A DNA stretch of 64,000 bases, from positions 744,001 to 808,000 of the forward strand of contig OZ210885.1 of NCBI GenBank assembly GCA_964658305.1. The letters run 5' to 3'. Shown piece after piece: positions 23,257-37,200 of this stretch. Both the position numbers and the translations under genes were made by a program. Numbering within the stretch: the first letter of the stretch is position 1; every line of letters starts with the position of its first letter. The DNA comes from Leptogorgia sarmentosa. Lineage: Eukaryota. A model generated the notes under the pieces. That model was not told the DNA's origin. It was given only the letters and a program-made list of their open reading frames with translations, and ran no database searches.

Positions 23257-26200
23257 TGTTATTTCGGCTGACTTCATTTCCAAATTATAGGATCTTCATT
23301 TTTTTATACACCGTACACCGAATACATATAGATTGTGAGTGAAAAACTGATACTTTTTATATACTCATGCAATGAGCGGAAAACTAATTTTCACCCATCT
23401 GGATTCTCAAATTGAACGCGGTTCTGCTCATATGAACTAGTCTCCCTCGAGTTTACTAGACACAAAGAGCGGCTGCGAGGGAGACTACATATGAACATGC
23501 AGGCCCTATAACACAATGAAAATCAATTATCGCACGAGTATATGGTGCATTAATTTTCAACCCCATTGGGGATTAGGTTTATTATTTAGATTCAGGTGAG
23601 ATCTATGATGTATTTAGGCAATTTAATTAACTATCAGTTTTTCTACTCACCTCAATCAGTATACATGTTTTAAAAAAGTAGAGTTTGAGCTTCGTGTTCA
23701 AATGCCGAAGCCAAGAGCGAGAGTTGAACCGATCGTTTGTCGTTGTCGGGAAACACGAAGCCTAAACTTTCTGTTGTATGATTACGTTGAAGTTATATGA
23801 GGAAGGAAATTCCTATGGCAGCCATTGCAGACATAATAAAGTTATAATTATAATCAATCAAGTTGGAAAGATAATACCAACAAAGAAAACCAAGTCATTC
23901 ATTGTGGGACGATCGAAGAGATGTAAAAATAATACATCGTGCTATACAAGCTATGTTTATATAGTAGCTATTAATCCCTATTTAAATGTCATGTGCTATA
24001 TAATTTTGACAATCGCTATATATATATATTGTATAACTAATATTATGTATCCACAAAACGTTCTTTATGTTATTGAAGTGGTTGTTTATGAGCAAATGGG
24101 GAAAATTTTATTATTCTCGCGGGATTCCCGACGAAGCGCCTTTGCTCGATCGAGTCAAATCATATCGTACCGTTTAGTATTGTGTATTGCTGCGTGTTCA
24201 TAGCATCTGACTATCGAACATTTAGTTTGCTTTTAGCGAAATTAAAAGTTTCGAAAGTTTGTAATTTTCCTGGCAGAAGCTGTGGTATTCCTGGTATTTT
24301 GTTCCTGTTGCTAAGTGCAGCGATGTCATGGCAAGATTTCTTAGCTGATTCACACGTCATAGGATAATTTTGGCATAATGGTAGATAAAGAATTTAAGCA
24401 ACCGCAAGGTCGTATAATTTATATTAAAGCAGATTAGCATAAGCTAAATATATCTGTATCAAAATTAATAGCATTTCAAGATAACGGCCCTGAACGTATT
24501 ATTAAATAATAGCGTCGAATAAATATTTCGAGTGCCAAGGTGAAAACTATATATATGGGAATCTGAACCTTCCCAAACGACGAAACTATAAATTTTTGTC
24601 CAACTAATTTGGTTGTTGTTGTAACGCTCTGTTTTAAGCGTTGCCGTATAAGCTTTTAAAGCATGCTTTCAAAAGGCTACGTCTTTTTCAGTGTGTTGTA
24701 TGGAGATGTCGTAGCGAGTTGTTAGCTAAAGTAATTCGAGTTGTAAGCGCATTGCATGCGACAGTTGTAAGCAAAGGTTGTACAGTATAAACCTCACAAG
24801 AACTTAATGCTGCCATTGTTGAAATACGTTGACGTTATTCATCTGCATTTGTTGGTTTCGGTATTTTACATATTTCAGGTTCCTTTAGAAAACACTATGG
24901 CTTTCAATGTGAATGCCTTACATGCCCAATGTCTATCAGCGAAAACTATGTTGAATGTTCGCGTAGCTTCAAAAATGTTAAGAGTGGGTAATTTTCTTCA
25001 TGGGGTGCTGGTATGGATTGGCATCTGCTCAGGGATCTACACCCACACTTTAGTTTCAATGCGCTCCACTTGGATTTTGCTCCGGGCAACAATTGTCATA
25101 AGTGGCATAACTTTAAAGCAAATAATTTTCTACATAGACGTATTAAAATCAATTTCCAGTGTCATCTTAGTTTAGAGATCTAGAGATCTACATGACAAAA
25201 TCATGGTGACAGGAACAACAACTTTTGACAGGAAATCGTCGTTCCGTCCTCCGCAGATTCCTCAGTTTAGAATTGAGATCCGGTAATTCAGTAAATTAAC
25301 ATAAATTTAAGTTGAAATTATAAATTTATGCTGTTATCGATGTTCATAAATCCTCAGACACGCAAACATGGAAACTGTGCTTAAATGATGGCAATCGCAT
25401 CTGAGATACTTTGATACGTTCCTAATTACTATCTTAGGGACATATTATACTTATAACTTATTCATTTATTTAGATTCAAGGTTAATATTATTAAGAAATA
25501 TTATTATGAGTGAGGGACGGCAATCATAAAGCCCAATTAAGAAGCCCAAGATATATTGAAACTTATAAAAGAAATGAAAAGCTAAACAAACTTTAATCTC
25601 TCGATCTCACTCGCTGGCAGCAAACTTGACGCATCTCAATGAAAAAGAGATCATGCATGGTTTTTAAAATAGTAACTTCTCGAATTACTGAACCCCTCAA
25701 TGTCTTCCAAAACTTGTATTATATCTTTACTAATTCGCAAGAGAATTAAAGGTCGTTTCATATTGAACTTGCCAGCGTTTTTGGTGTTTCTGCATTGCAC
25801 ATTCTCCAACCAAGCAAAATGTTTATTTCTGTTTTGTAACATTGACAAGGCAACCAGGGAGTCAAGCTGCTGTCAGAAATTGTGCCATCTACTTTCAAAC
25901 AATGAGAACTATTTCCTAACAATCTGGAGAAAGATAGTTTACAGTAATTGTTTCACAACAATGCGGGCAATCGAAAACACTTCACAAGTATTAATAAAGA
26001 TACTTTATAGTTCCTGTCGTCAATTGATATCAATGGAGTGAGCTAATTATGGCTCTTTAATTTCTGTCCAAGCTGAATATTCCATTCCGTAGTTTATGCT
26101 TCGTGGCGCTTGTTTGTCAGTCCCCAAAGTGCACTGTTTGAATCGAATATGGAAAATTCACATGTGCTGTCTACAGTGTTGATCTTTTGGCTATCTTGGG

Positions 26201-26983
26201 CTGGTTACGTTTTTAGCTGTAAGTTATATGAAATTTCTCACTAATTTTTAATCAGTTTTAAACAACTTTTAGTGTATGTTCAATATACGAATGATTATGA
26301 AAAGGGTAAAAGTATTTATCAGGGAAGCTTTTTAGTTTTCAGTAACTGCCACAGTTATATCATTCAAACAATCAACAACTTCATTGAAGTGCCTAACCTC
26401 TAGCATGACACAAGTGACACACTAATGAAGGAGATATAACAAGGAAAACCTTTTTTATTCGCAATTAAAAGTCTGTTGTAGGACAAAGACATTGACAAGC
26501 CATATCACAGAATGTGATCACGAAGTCCAATACCATATTTTTTTTCGTAAGCGCTATTCCTCATCATTCGTCACTCAGCAAGTGTCTAATAAGAGGCACT
26601 TACCCCCCCCCCGGAAATATTTAGAATAGCGTGTCATTCAGGAGGGGGACTATTCCGTTTAGGGAACGTGCTGAGTGACAAATCATGACTATAGCGCTTG
26701 CGCAACATATAGTTGCACTTCCCCGTAGTATTCTATAGCGTTATGCTCTCAAAAGATATTCCCAGCATGAGCCACGCGCCGCGAAAGCCCGTAAGCGTGG
26801 GCCAGGATACTAATTCCGCACGGCTATATACTCCCGGGTAAAAGCCGGATAGCGAAGTCTCAAGTTCATTAAAGGTCGGGCGGTCATTTTGCGTCATGGT
26901 GTGTGGGTTAGGGCTGGGCATTTATCTTTTTTATTGTTTTAAAAGGCTATTTAACAAAGGAAATAGAAAACATTTTTTCCGTG

Positions 26984-27492
26984 TTAACTTACTGACTGAG
27001 AGTGAGGGCTGTATGGGAAAATATCAAACTGAAGTCTTGCTGTATTGATCGAGCGATCATCTCGAGGTTAATGCAAACAAGACCGGGCTTTTATAATTTC
27101 CCGTACAGCCCGAGTAACTTTTTTATTGTATGGCATATGACATATGTGCGTTTCGAAATGAGCTCAAGACGAATAAATCAAATGCACGACTAAATCAACT
27201 TATCATACCTTACTTCGTTAAACGGACTAACAAAAAACCGTTTAGTATATAATTATATCTTTCATTTTCAACCTCTGGGTAATAAAACTCGCTCTCACAA
27301 TGCTCCTCGTCGTTCATTTTAACATTTTCTACTTCAATAAATAAAATTTCATTGAATTTTAATGTTTTTCGTGATTGCTTTCCTGACAGGGCAAAAAAAA
27401 ATGCGTATTGCCCGCGTGGGTAACACGGGAAATATTCTGCCTCGTCAGTCAATTGCGCCATTCACCAAAACAAATGCTTGCCATATAATAAA
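26984..27492 (+). mobile_element. Dispersed non-autonomous element ending ccatataataaa
   Basis: Same layout as 43131-43567 (tgactgag.gtgagg start, hairpin, ttatt.tatggca, 3' ccatataataaa). Confidence 0.55.
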
Positions 27493-28246
27493 AGTAAACA
27501 ATTGTTGCCTGTCCCAAAACAAAGATTTGTGGCTCTGAACTTGCAAATTTATAATGTTTTTTATAGTTTTTTAATCACCACCGAGGCTTAAATTCGCAGC
27601 ACACAACATAAATGCAGTGAAATTCTCTAGGCAAGATTTTAACTTTAAAATTGTTTTCTTTGTCTTGTTTTTATCACAAAATACAATTGTTAAACTAACT
27701 ATTTTCCATCCGGGCAAAACCAAGACATAAGCCTCTTACAGACGAGCAAGTTTTCTATGACAAGTTTTTATGTGGCAAGTTTACTTTGCCAAGTGTATGT
27801 GTGTATGCACAACATTTTTTATATGACAAGTTTTTATGTGACAAGTTTTTCTTGCCCGTCTGTACAAGTCAATAATTTTACTTTGAAAAAATATAAGAAA
27901 ACATAAACGTTTTAAAAAGACAGAAAAGCGCGGAAAGAATTCGAGATTGAAACACAAGAAATGTTTGTCACACATTGTTTGCATTCACACTCACACAGCA
28001 GTTGAATAAAATGAAATTTATACACAGGCGCAAAAGATTTTGTTTTCGTCAAAAATCCGTTGCTATAGCGTTACTATATAAAAAGCATGACTCTGGTACA
28101 AAATTATCACGGATATAGACAGGTTTGTGGCATTTTCTTGAAATTTTCAGTCTGAAAGCAGTTCGTAGTAATGCCTTTATGTCGATAGCACTTGTGACAT
28201 CTGTAAGTTTCTAATTTTATTGTTTTTTATATATTCTTTTCTGCAG

Positions 28247-31200
28247 GTCCTACAAGAGATCCTGATGAGGGAAGCGGGAACGGATTTGGTAAATTAAAAC
28301 ACATTTCTATCTATAAACACAGAACATCATAATTATATGTAAATGTTTATCTCGCATCCAGAAATGCAAAATACTCATTCAATGATCAAAGTAACCGCAC
28401 ACAGAATTCAGAGTGAATCTTAGGAGATATAATCATAAAAAGAAATGCCTGTTTGTCTCACACACTTCAAAACATCTGAAAAGTTGCTGTTTTGAAATTT
28501 GTCAGCAGCAGATAATTCCTATCTTTTGAGACAGGCTGTATTGGTGAATTTTTTGTGATAAAAACTACGCAATTTGCGCTATATCTATGATCTATCGAGC
28601 ACTCTTTTTACATTTAATAATCACCAACCAAAACAGCAGACGGCGCAGCAAACTAACAGATATCTTTCGCTTTCTTTAGGCCCAGTGCCGCCATTACCCA
28701 TCCCAACAAACACCACCCCTGTTCCCTTTGATGGTCGTTGTACCAGGTTTTCGCTTCCAAAACTTGGATTGTGGTTCAATGGGATAAATTTCAGACGTCT
28801 TTCGGTAAGTTACATTTCTTCAAAGATTTGACTTCATCAAAGTAGCCATTTTCCAGCTGATCTGGGCAGGACAACAAGTTTTAAAACGAGCGAGCTGAAA
28901 TTATAAATCAAAAGATGCCTCATTCTACCAATTTCTTCTAATAAACGTCTTTTTTTCGGTTTAAAACGTATAGAATTTGAATGATAAAGAGAACGGTCAC
29001 TATATTATACTAGCCTTATTTTTGATTTTGTAACAGAATATATGGCGATTATCAATACTGCGAATTTAAAAATTTACCAATCACACAGTGGGCAATAAAA
29101 ATTGTTTATTTTCGACTCCAAATTTTCCTTTCCAGGTTTGTCCGAACGGATTAGTAAGGTTTCGCGGGCGCAGGTTTCAGCCCAATCCACGAAATTTTGG
29201 CACCTATCGCAACCAACGATCTTTTGCCTTACTCGCTCCTTACTGGTGCAATGCTGATCTGAATTCATTTGAAACTGGAGACTCGCAGGTGTTTTTTTAT
29301 ACAGTCACAGTCGAGAACCAAGAAGAGAACACGGAACTGTTTGACATGGCTAGGGAATATGGTAACACGCTCTTAAAGAAAGTTGATTACGATCCATTGT
29401 GGGTTGGTGTTGTTAGTTGGCACAATCTCCGACCAAACAATCCTGGTAACTTTGAGCCCGTAAGTACTACCCGTGATAATGGTATTTATACTCTACCTAG
29501 GTGCAATTTTGTCTCAAACGTGCCACTGCTGCGTAATTAACTGCAAATCAATAAATTTCACTTTGAACTATTTAGTTTTCTGCTTTACCTCATCATCGAA
29601 CAAATTACGTAATTATTTTTTTCAAGTAAAGATTTTTTCAGCTTAAAAAGTAATCAATTATTTTGTCATTTGATAAAACAACCGCAAACATTTTCTTTCT
29701 TAGAAAAACTGTTTTGATATGTTACTGGCAAACAGCGTTTTGGATGAGACGATTGTCGTGTACAGATATGTTGATATAACTTGGGCTGTAAAGGCATCCA
29801 GGTATACGAATAACTTATTTTTTGAAAACAGTGCATGTACTGTATATAAAAAATAGCTTCTAAAACGCCTTTTTACATTTCTTGTTATAATTATAATGAT
29901 AACTATACTACTGGGCCGGACACCTTCCTCTGGGACTTGAAGATCACGAGCTTGATCACTGACGAACAACAGAACATGTTAATTCAGGGTGTCCCAGAAG
30001 AAGAAATCAATGCATTGTATGAATTAAAATGCCCTGCCCTTCTACATGGTGTCCCCCCCAAAAAGTCACCTCTTTGAAAATCAGCTTTTTTGTTGTCAAA
30101 CGTGCGTTGTTATGCCTTTGAGAATATAATTGAATGGTTCATGAACGACAGTATTTATAACAGCACGCGCTTTTGTTTAAGTTCGTCAGAAGGTAATTTA
30201 AATTTCCAGAGGTGTAATAACCCGATAACGAAAGAGTGACTTCATTAGAGGGGACTTTTTTAGTACACCCTAAACCTAGGAGTGCATGAAGATTGGGATA
30301 ACTGTCGTAATTAATGATACATTAAAAATGCTGGACATTCAAATTCAAAGTTCAAACAATGGTGTATTTTGATTCTCACTTTCTTTCAAAGGACATAATA
30401 AATAGTTGCGTGTATAAAAACGATGTTTTAAACAAAATAGACAACCACGCCCCTGTGCTTGATGATGGACTAATATCTTCCTATTTTTTAGTGACAATTT
30501 GGCAAATTTTCAAACAGCTAGTGATCTACCAGTCATTGGTTTTCGCATTGGATCGTTATTTCAAAACTATGCAGGGTAAGATTATAATTATTCACACTTT
30601 AAAAATAAATCCTACCCAAATGTAGAAGACGTTTGGGTTTTCATTCGCTCAAACGAACGGTGACATCATGCATCATTTCCCATGAGTAGAAAAACCCTGG
30701 TGTTCTTGCCCAACATTAAACCTGGGCAAGAGTATATAAACGTGGAAAATATAATGTTGTTTTTAATGACATCCATTATATTTGTAATAATATGGTTTTT
30801 ACTTCAAAAAGTATCGTGCTAAGTATCGTAAAAGCTACACAAAGGTACATAGTCAACACGAATTAAGAATAACACGTTTCAAATCCTGAACAGGTGGAGA
30901 ATTAGCATGTTGGTTTGGAAATAATAAAATTTTAATGTAGAATCTATTATATTGATTTACGTTAAAGATCTGGTACTGTGAATGTCTCAAACGTGAACGA
31001 TTTCTCTGGACCGCTGCTGGGGAGGCCTGGACAGATTGGGATCGTTCTCAACGATGGGCAATCAATAACGCTGTGCAATAAATGGTTAAATGAACAATGC
31101 CGTGAGGGTCGTGGAGCATTACAGTGTCCACTACCTTGCCCTCCAACTTATAGAAAACTAAGGGTTACAGTTGGATTTGATTTGAGGTACCGATATAGGA

Positions 31201-34200
31201 GGGATAAAGATGGATCCGACTGTGTGTTCAGTACTGCGTTCCGCGTTACCCCACCTTATGAATGTTGCTACGATAAAGTCTCTGGATCTCTCGTCCACTC
31301 TCGCAGACCTGGTGCAAGCCGAGCTCACATGTTTCACCCTCGCCTGAACCCTGCAAATTTTTTCGAGGAAGAAGCTGTCTACAGAAGTTGCTGTCTTGAG
31401 TCCACTGATGAGTCATGCGAATTGTTCTATAGTTTGCGACCACCTTGTAGAAGCCGTCGTTGGAAACGTTTCCAACCTGATATAGGTAAGCTTGTTTGTT
31501 TGTTTGTTTTCGCTTCCAACAAAACTGTTACTCTCGTTTGTTTATGGTTCCTAGGCGTACCCTCTCCACTGTAGCGATAGCAAGCGTTGTGAAATTATAC
31601 AACTATGCTTTGTTATTACATTTGGAAGTAAGCCATGTATATAAGTACAAAGTAAAGACATTATTTACATAATTATACTAGGCTGCAGTTTTCATTAATA
31701 CCTGGTACCATTTTTAGTTTTATTTTAAGTGTCTTCAATTTAATAGTTCTATTTACCACAAAAATTCTCGTCCAATATAAATTTCAGCATCCGGGTTTGG
31801 TGATCCTCATTATCTGACCAATGATGGTAAGAACTACACGTTTAATGGCTGTGGATGGTACACTTATCTTAATGGGACGATACCAGGTATAACGAAATTC
31901 TTTGCAATTTTATAAATACAAAATTATAATGGTTATTCATGTTGCAGCAGGGAATGTTACCTGCTGTGTACCCCGCGCAACACCTGAGCATTCACATTAT
32001 ATGAACAAGATAAATGTTACTGTTATATTAATAATTATTAATTGTGTTTGTTTGTCCTGTTCATGCTTTTTACACAACGTTTATTTTTACCAAGCTTGTA
32101 GGTTTGCATTACTTTTTTTCAGCAAATTATGTCAATCATATTATTCTGAGCGTGCATAATAGTAGCCTGCAATTTAGCGGAATACGGGATTTGCGATTCG
32201 GAAAAACGCGCAAAGTCGAGGAGTATTTGAGGAAATTCGGATCTAAGCGCAATCGTTTAAAACTCTGAAGCGTAATCTTAATTTAGAATGCAATTGAGAG
32301 CACATATGCACATTGAATTTATCATATTATTCTGAGTAAAAAGGAGACGTTCTCTGACCAATATTTTTTAATGACCAGCTTTCGGCTGCCAGTCTACAGG
32401 CTTCAACGGGTGACAGTAAATGAAATATGAAACATTTGTATAATTATGAAAAATGATGATGTGCATATGGAAGTGGAATATGATACGTGTATAATTACTG
32501 TCACCCGTTGAAGGCTGTAGACTGACAGCCGAAAGCTGGTCATTAAAAAATTATTGGTCAGAGAACGTCTCCTTTTTACTCAATATATATGTTTAATCCT
32601 GGCCGTGCTCTACCATTTTTTCATATTATTCTTTCATGTCCAATCTTGATTCCAATGCCACACGCCACCACAAAGTTCAAAAATCACAACAGTTTCCAAA
32701 TTATTATTTCAGGTACGGCCGACAGCAACCTTGTTATACAAGTTCGAACGACGAGAGTGGATGATGTGAATGCTACAGGATTCACTGCACTCGCTGTGAA
32801 AGAGGGTGACGCAGAAACCATTCAAGTTAATTTACTGAGCACAGGTAACAAACTTCGCAAATGAAAAAATAAATATGCCTTTCAATAGGCATCAAAATTT
32901 TAGCACATTCTGCTAGTGAGGTGTACACCCTATCTTATGAATAAATTCTTAAAACGTTTAGATTAGCTAAGAACGCAATTGTTGATCTTTCGACATACTA
33001 ATTTCATAATAGCTGTTTGGCAACCCATTATATATAAGGGTTCTACATCGATAATTATGCCTTCAGCAGTGGTTTCTCCCTCTTTCCACCCTGCTTTTTT
33101 ACATTAATAAAATGTTAATGTAAAATTTGTTTTAGCTTTCATTAAGTTAGAGAGGTTCAGATTTGCCTTCACAAGCCTTGCCCCATCCGCTCCTCGGAAG
33201 CTCAATTTCCGCCACTGGATGCGGCTGCTGTGGCAACGATTTCGAATGGAAATATGTCGAAAAATTCCCTTTGCCATGTGTGGCAGGTGTAATAGCACAG
33301 AATCTTTTATTTTCTAATCTCGCGCTTGATTTCTGTAGGAGATTTCTATGTGGAAACAGACCAGAAACGATTCAACATTCAGGATGATAATCAGACTATC
33401 CTGGATAGCGGCGTTATTCTCTCCTCCGTCAATAAATCTTTTTCTATATTGACTCCCTTGGGGACAAGATTGGAAGTCAGAAAAGCTGCAAATAACTCTC
33501 TGTTGACAATTGTGGCGGCCTTATTGCCGTCATACGAAAACAATTCATTGGGATTGACAGGAAACTGGAATGGCAACGTGGACGATGACTTCACTTTACC
33601 TAACGGAACTGTTTTACCAATTGATATGAGTGAATCGGACATCTTTTACAAATTTGGAGAAGAATGTGAGTTTCAAAATTAGTTTTTAAAGAATAGAAAT
33701 TATTTCAGCAATTTCAGCGTTATTCAAATTAGTCTTATACTTTATATCCACTTAAAATCCTGATATGAAACTTGACCATAATTATTTTACCATGTGCATA
33801 ACTGTTACACACAAACATCGATTAGTATCACTGTTGGCTGATTTGAGAATTTCTTTGTGTGAATTAAGGGCGAGTGCGGGAAGGCGAAGAATTGTACAGA
33901 AATTTAACTGATGATGATAACTTCAAGTGTCCACAAAACTTTGCTCCAGTCTTCTTTCAAGAGGCACTAGACTCTCTCGACCCTGCCTTAAGAGCGCAAG
34001 CTGAAATGGTGTGTGGAAATGACCTCACGTGTCTCTTCGATATTGCTGCGACAGGAAATGTTGCTCTTGGGGAATCAACTTTATCCGAAAGCACTGAAAT
34101 TCAAAATGACATTACAATCCTAGGTGAGCAGTACGCGATTTAAATTAAATGGTTGTAATAAGCAAAGAATAGGATGGTCATCTTTCGCGTCTGCAGTGGC

Positions 34201-37200
34201 GTCGTGGGAGGTTGAACAGGGGGGGCTCCAAAACCAGATTTTTCCGAAACAAATATTTTACATTTACCAGTGCATGACAATGCGGCGGAGGTGTTACGGT
34301 ATTTTGTACGACTAAAGGGCGTGGTCATGAGTGTTTTAGAAATGCGCCTATGAAATTTCCGACAAGCCTAAAATTCATGACCCCCCAAGCCTCCCCGGCC
34401 ACGACGCCACTGCGCGTCTGCGTCTACTGTAGGCCTAGTTATCTTCTCGTGGTCATTGTGTCTACAACTATCTGATCTACTAAGACTAGCTACTGCTATA
34501 CACCTGAGAAACTGTAATTAATTCCTCCTATAAACCATGGTTTGATAAATAATTAAAAAGTATTTGCTGCCAAAGCAACTGGTATAAATCAATAATTTAA
34601 TTGCTGATCTTGCTGTATCTTGAGCGCACAAGGTCAATGTTCAATATTGAAAGTAGTTGAAAAGGTTCAAAAGTTCAATCCTTTTCCTTTTTTTTCAGAA
34701 AACAACGAACCTGTTTTTACCGAGAACATCACTGTGATCAATGTGACTTTGGATGAGACGTTTGTATTGCGTTTGGACGCTACGGATGCTGATGGCGACC
34801 CACTGACCTTCGATGTTCCAAATCTTCCTCCTGGTGCAACCTTCAATTCAACAGGAAACATTCTTTATTTCTCCTGGAATGTAATTTCCGCAGATGAGGT
34901 ACTGATGTATTCTTTTTAATTTTTTCAACCCTGTGTTTAACGGTAGGTACATTGATTTGTTTCGACTCGTGTAGATTTTATTTCTTCCTTTATTTCACGA
35001 TTGAATCGGGTTTCTTCTCGATGCACTTTGTGCACCGAGGTATTTTGTTGCATAAATCGATTCAATGGGGGCTCAAGTTTTTCATAGGAAACAAGATAAT
35101 AATCTTGGAAGGTCTTGTCGACCGTAAAGTAAATACACATCATTAGTTGGCTGGAAATTTTGGTTAATTGCGTGCTTGAGCTTGCGTTGTTCCCGAGAGA
35201 AAGGAAGGGAAATAGTCCACTTAGTTTGGAGATGTCTTGAGTTCAGACAAAGCATACATTAAAAAAATCTCAATCTCTGTTTTACAGCAGTTTCGAGTGA
35301 TGCGCGACCATCTAACGCGAAATGTTTGACAGCAATTGTTGTTTTTGCCACGACCGGCAATATAAGGCCTAGTCTCTGATCGTTTAGGGGCGAAATGTTA
35401 CTTATCGACTTATTATGAACTGTTTATTACTCTCAATTCGCATTTGGGCGCTTTCTGGTCATGAATTTATTGAATTAGCTAGCGCACTCAAATGCAAAAA
35501 AAAATTTCAAACATTTCGTGTTAGGTGGTCGCGAATCACTCGAAACTTCTGTAAAGGTTTTTCGTGAAGCACTCTGTTGAGCTTTGATTTTTGTATAACA
35601 ATTCGACTGCACATCACTGGCTATAATATTTATTAATCTATAGCAACTAACAAAAATTTTCCATTATTGAATTTTTTAGACAAACATTACGTTTTTAGTT
35701 CAAGATACAAGAAATGGTAGCTCTACACTCTCTCCTTCCATCACGCTTTGTCGTTGTGTCAATGGCGGCGAGTGTTTTGTTCCAGAAGCGACATCAGGGG
35801 AAACCGCAGCAGCAGTTTCCACGTTTCTTGTAATGTCGTGTAATTGTCCAGTTGGTCGAACAGGCGAGTTTTGTGAAGCAGAAAACGATTTTTGTGAAGG
35901 AGAAACGACTCCGCCATGTTTTCCTCTTGTTACTTGTACCAATAATCCAACAAATTTCACGTGCGGTCCATGTCCCACTGGTTATGAAGGAGATGGGATC
36001 ACTTGCACAGGTATCCTATATAGTTCATTTGCATGTACGTTTTGTTTCGTAGTAAAGCGAAAAATTAGGGATGGATGTCAAGGGATACAGGTTCCAACCC
36101 TTTTGGAGCCTCGTAGAGAAATATGTTGGCACTCAACAAAACTCACTGAGGAAGGCAAACATTTTGGGGCACTTTACTAGCTGACTTGACAGTTATCAAA
36201 TATAAACAAAATACCTTTTTCAAAAACTATATTTTTGTATTTAGCCAGAAATGTTGGACTTTGAACCTGCGTGTAGCGTGCTATAGTCGAGCTTTAGCGC
36301 CCACTGGATGATAATATCTTCAAAACATAGTTCAAGCCCACTGTACAGCATGCAACCATATACATAAGTGCGAAGCCCTAAGACGAACTAACTAGTGGGC
36401 TGAAAAAAGGTTTTATTTCACACAAAAACCTACTTAGGATTGGTTTAGCTAGATCTTCTGATTTTGGCAGTTTCCTGTTTTTGTAATTTTGTATGTATTA
36501 AAACCATCTGAACAGTAAGCGAAAAATGAAAATATAGAATTTTTTCGTATGCCAAACTTTATTTGCTGGTTTTCCTGCAACTGTTAATATTTAAATTACC
36601 AGTCAAAATTTCTTTTAGATATTAATGAATGTAGCAGTAACGCTACCAATGAATGTGATCAAATGTGTATAAATACTGATGGCTCTTATCTTTGTACATG
36701 TGGCAATGGTTTTTCTTTGGATCAGAATGGAAAAGTTTGTAATGGTATGTCGGCCTATGAATGAGATAAAAGAGCATAAAAAAGACGACACAATCGAAAC
36801 TCACTAACTGATATAATTATGTTGGTCATTTTTACGACGAAAAACCCAATGGTTTTTTGGATCGACGTATAAATTAAGCAAAGTTGCTTTGGAAACATAT
36901 CCTATGTAAATTTGATTTGCTTCATCTGGAGACATATCCTATGTAAATTTGTATGACAAAACTTTCATCGTTACTTCGAAGTTTCTATATTTCTTTTTTC
37001 TCCCATGTAAAGTGAATTCACACTTGGAGGCAGTTTCATGTCAATTCAATAAAATATATTTCATATTTTTAATTGTGTTAAATAGCAGCATTTTCAACGC
37101 AGGATTTAGGAAAATTTCGGAAGAAAGAAAAGTGATGAAAATGTAAATTTGATCAGCGGTTTCCTCTTAGAATTAAAACGTTACCTTGAGATTACCATTC

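Noticed and set aside
23778..25175. Candidate 5' exons of gene B: hydrophobic GILFLLLSAAMSW (~24290-24335) and a Cys-rich frame after the acceptor at 24878
   Set aside because: No convincing ATG, donor and phase chain linking them to exon 28247 could be built; left unresolved pending cDNA
28075..28202. TATA-like tatataaaaag followed by an ATG at 28087 and a gtaagt donor at 28203
   Set aside because: The ATG frame stops early, no signal peptide is encoded and the implied intron would be only 44 nt; TATA-like strings are common in AT-rich DNA
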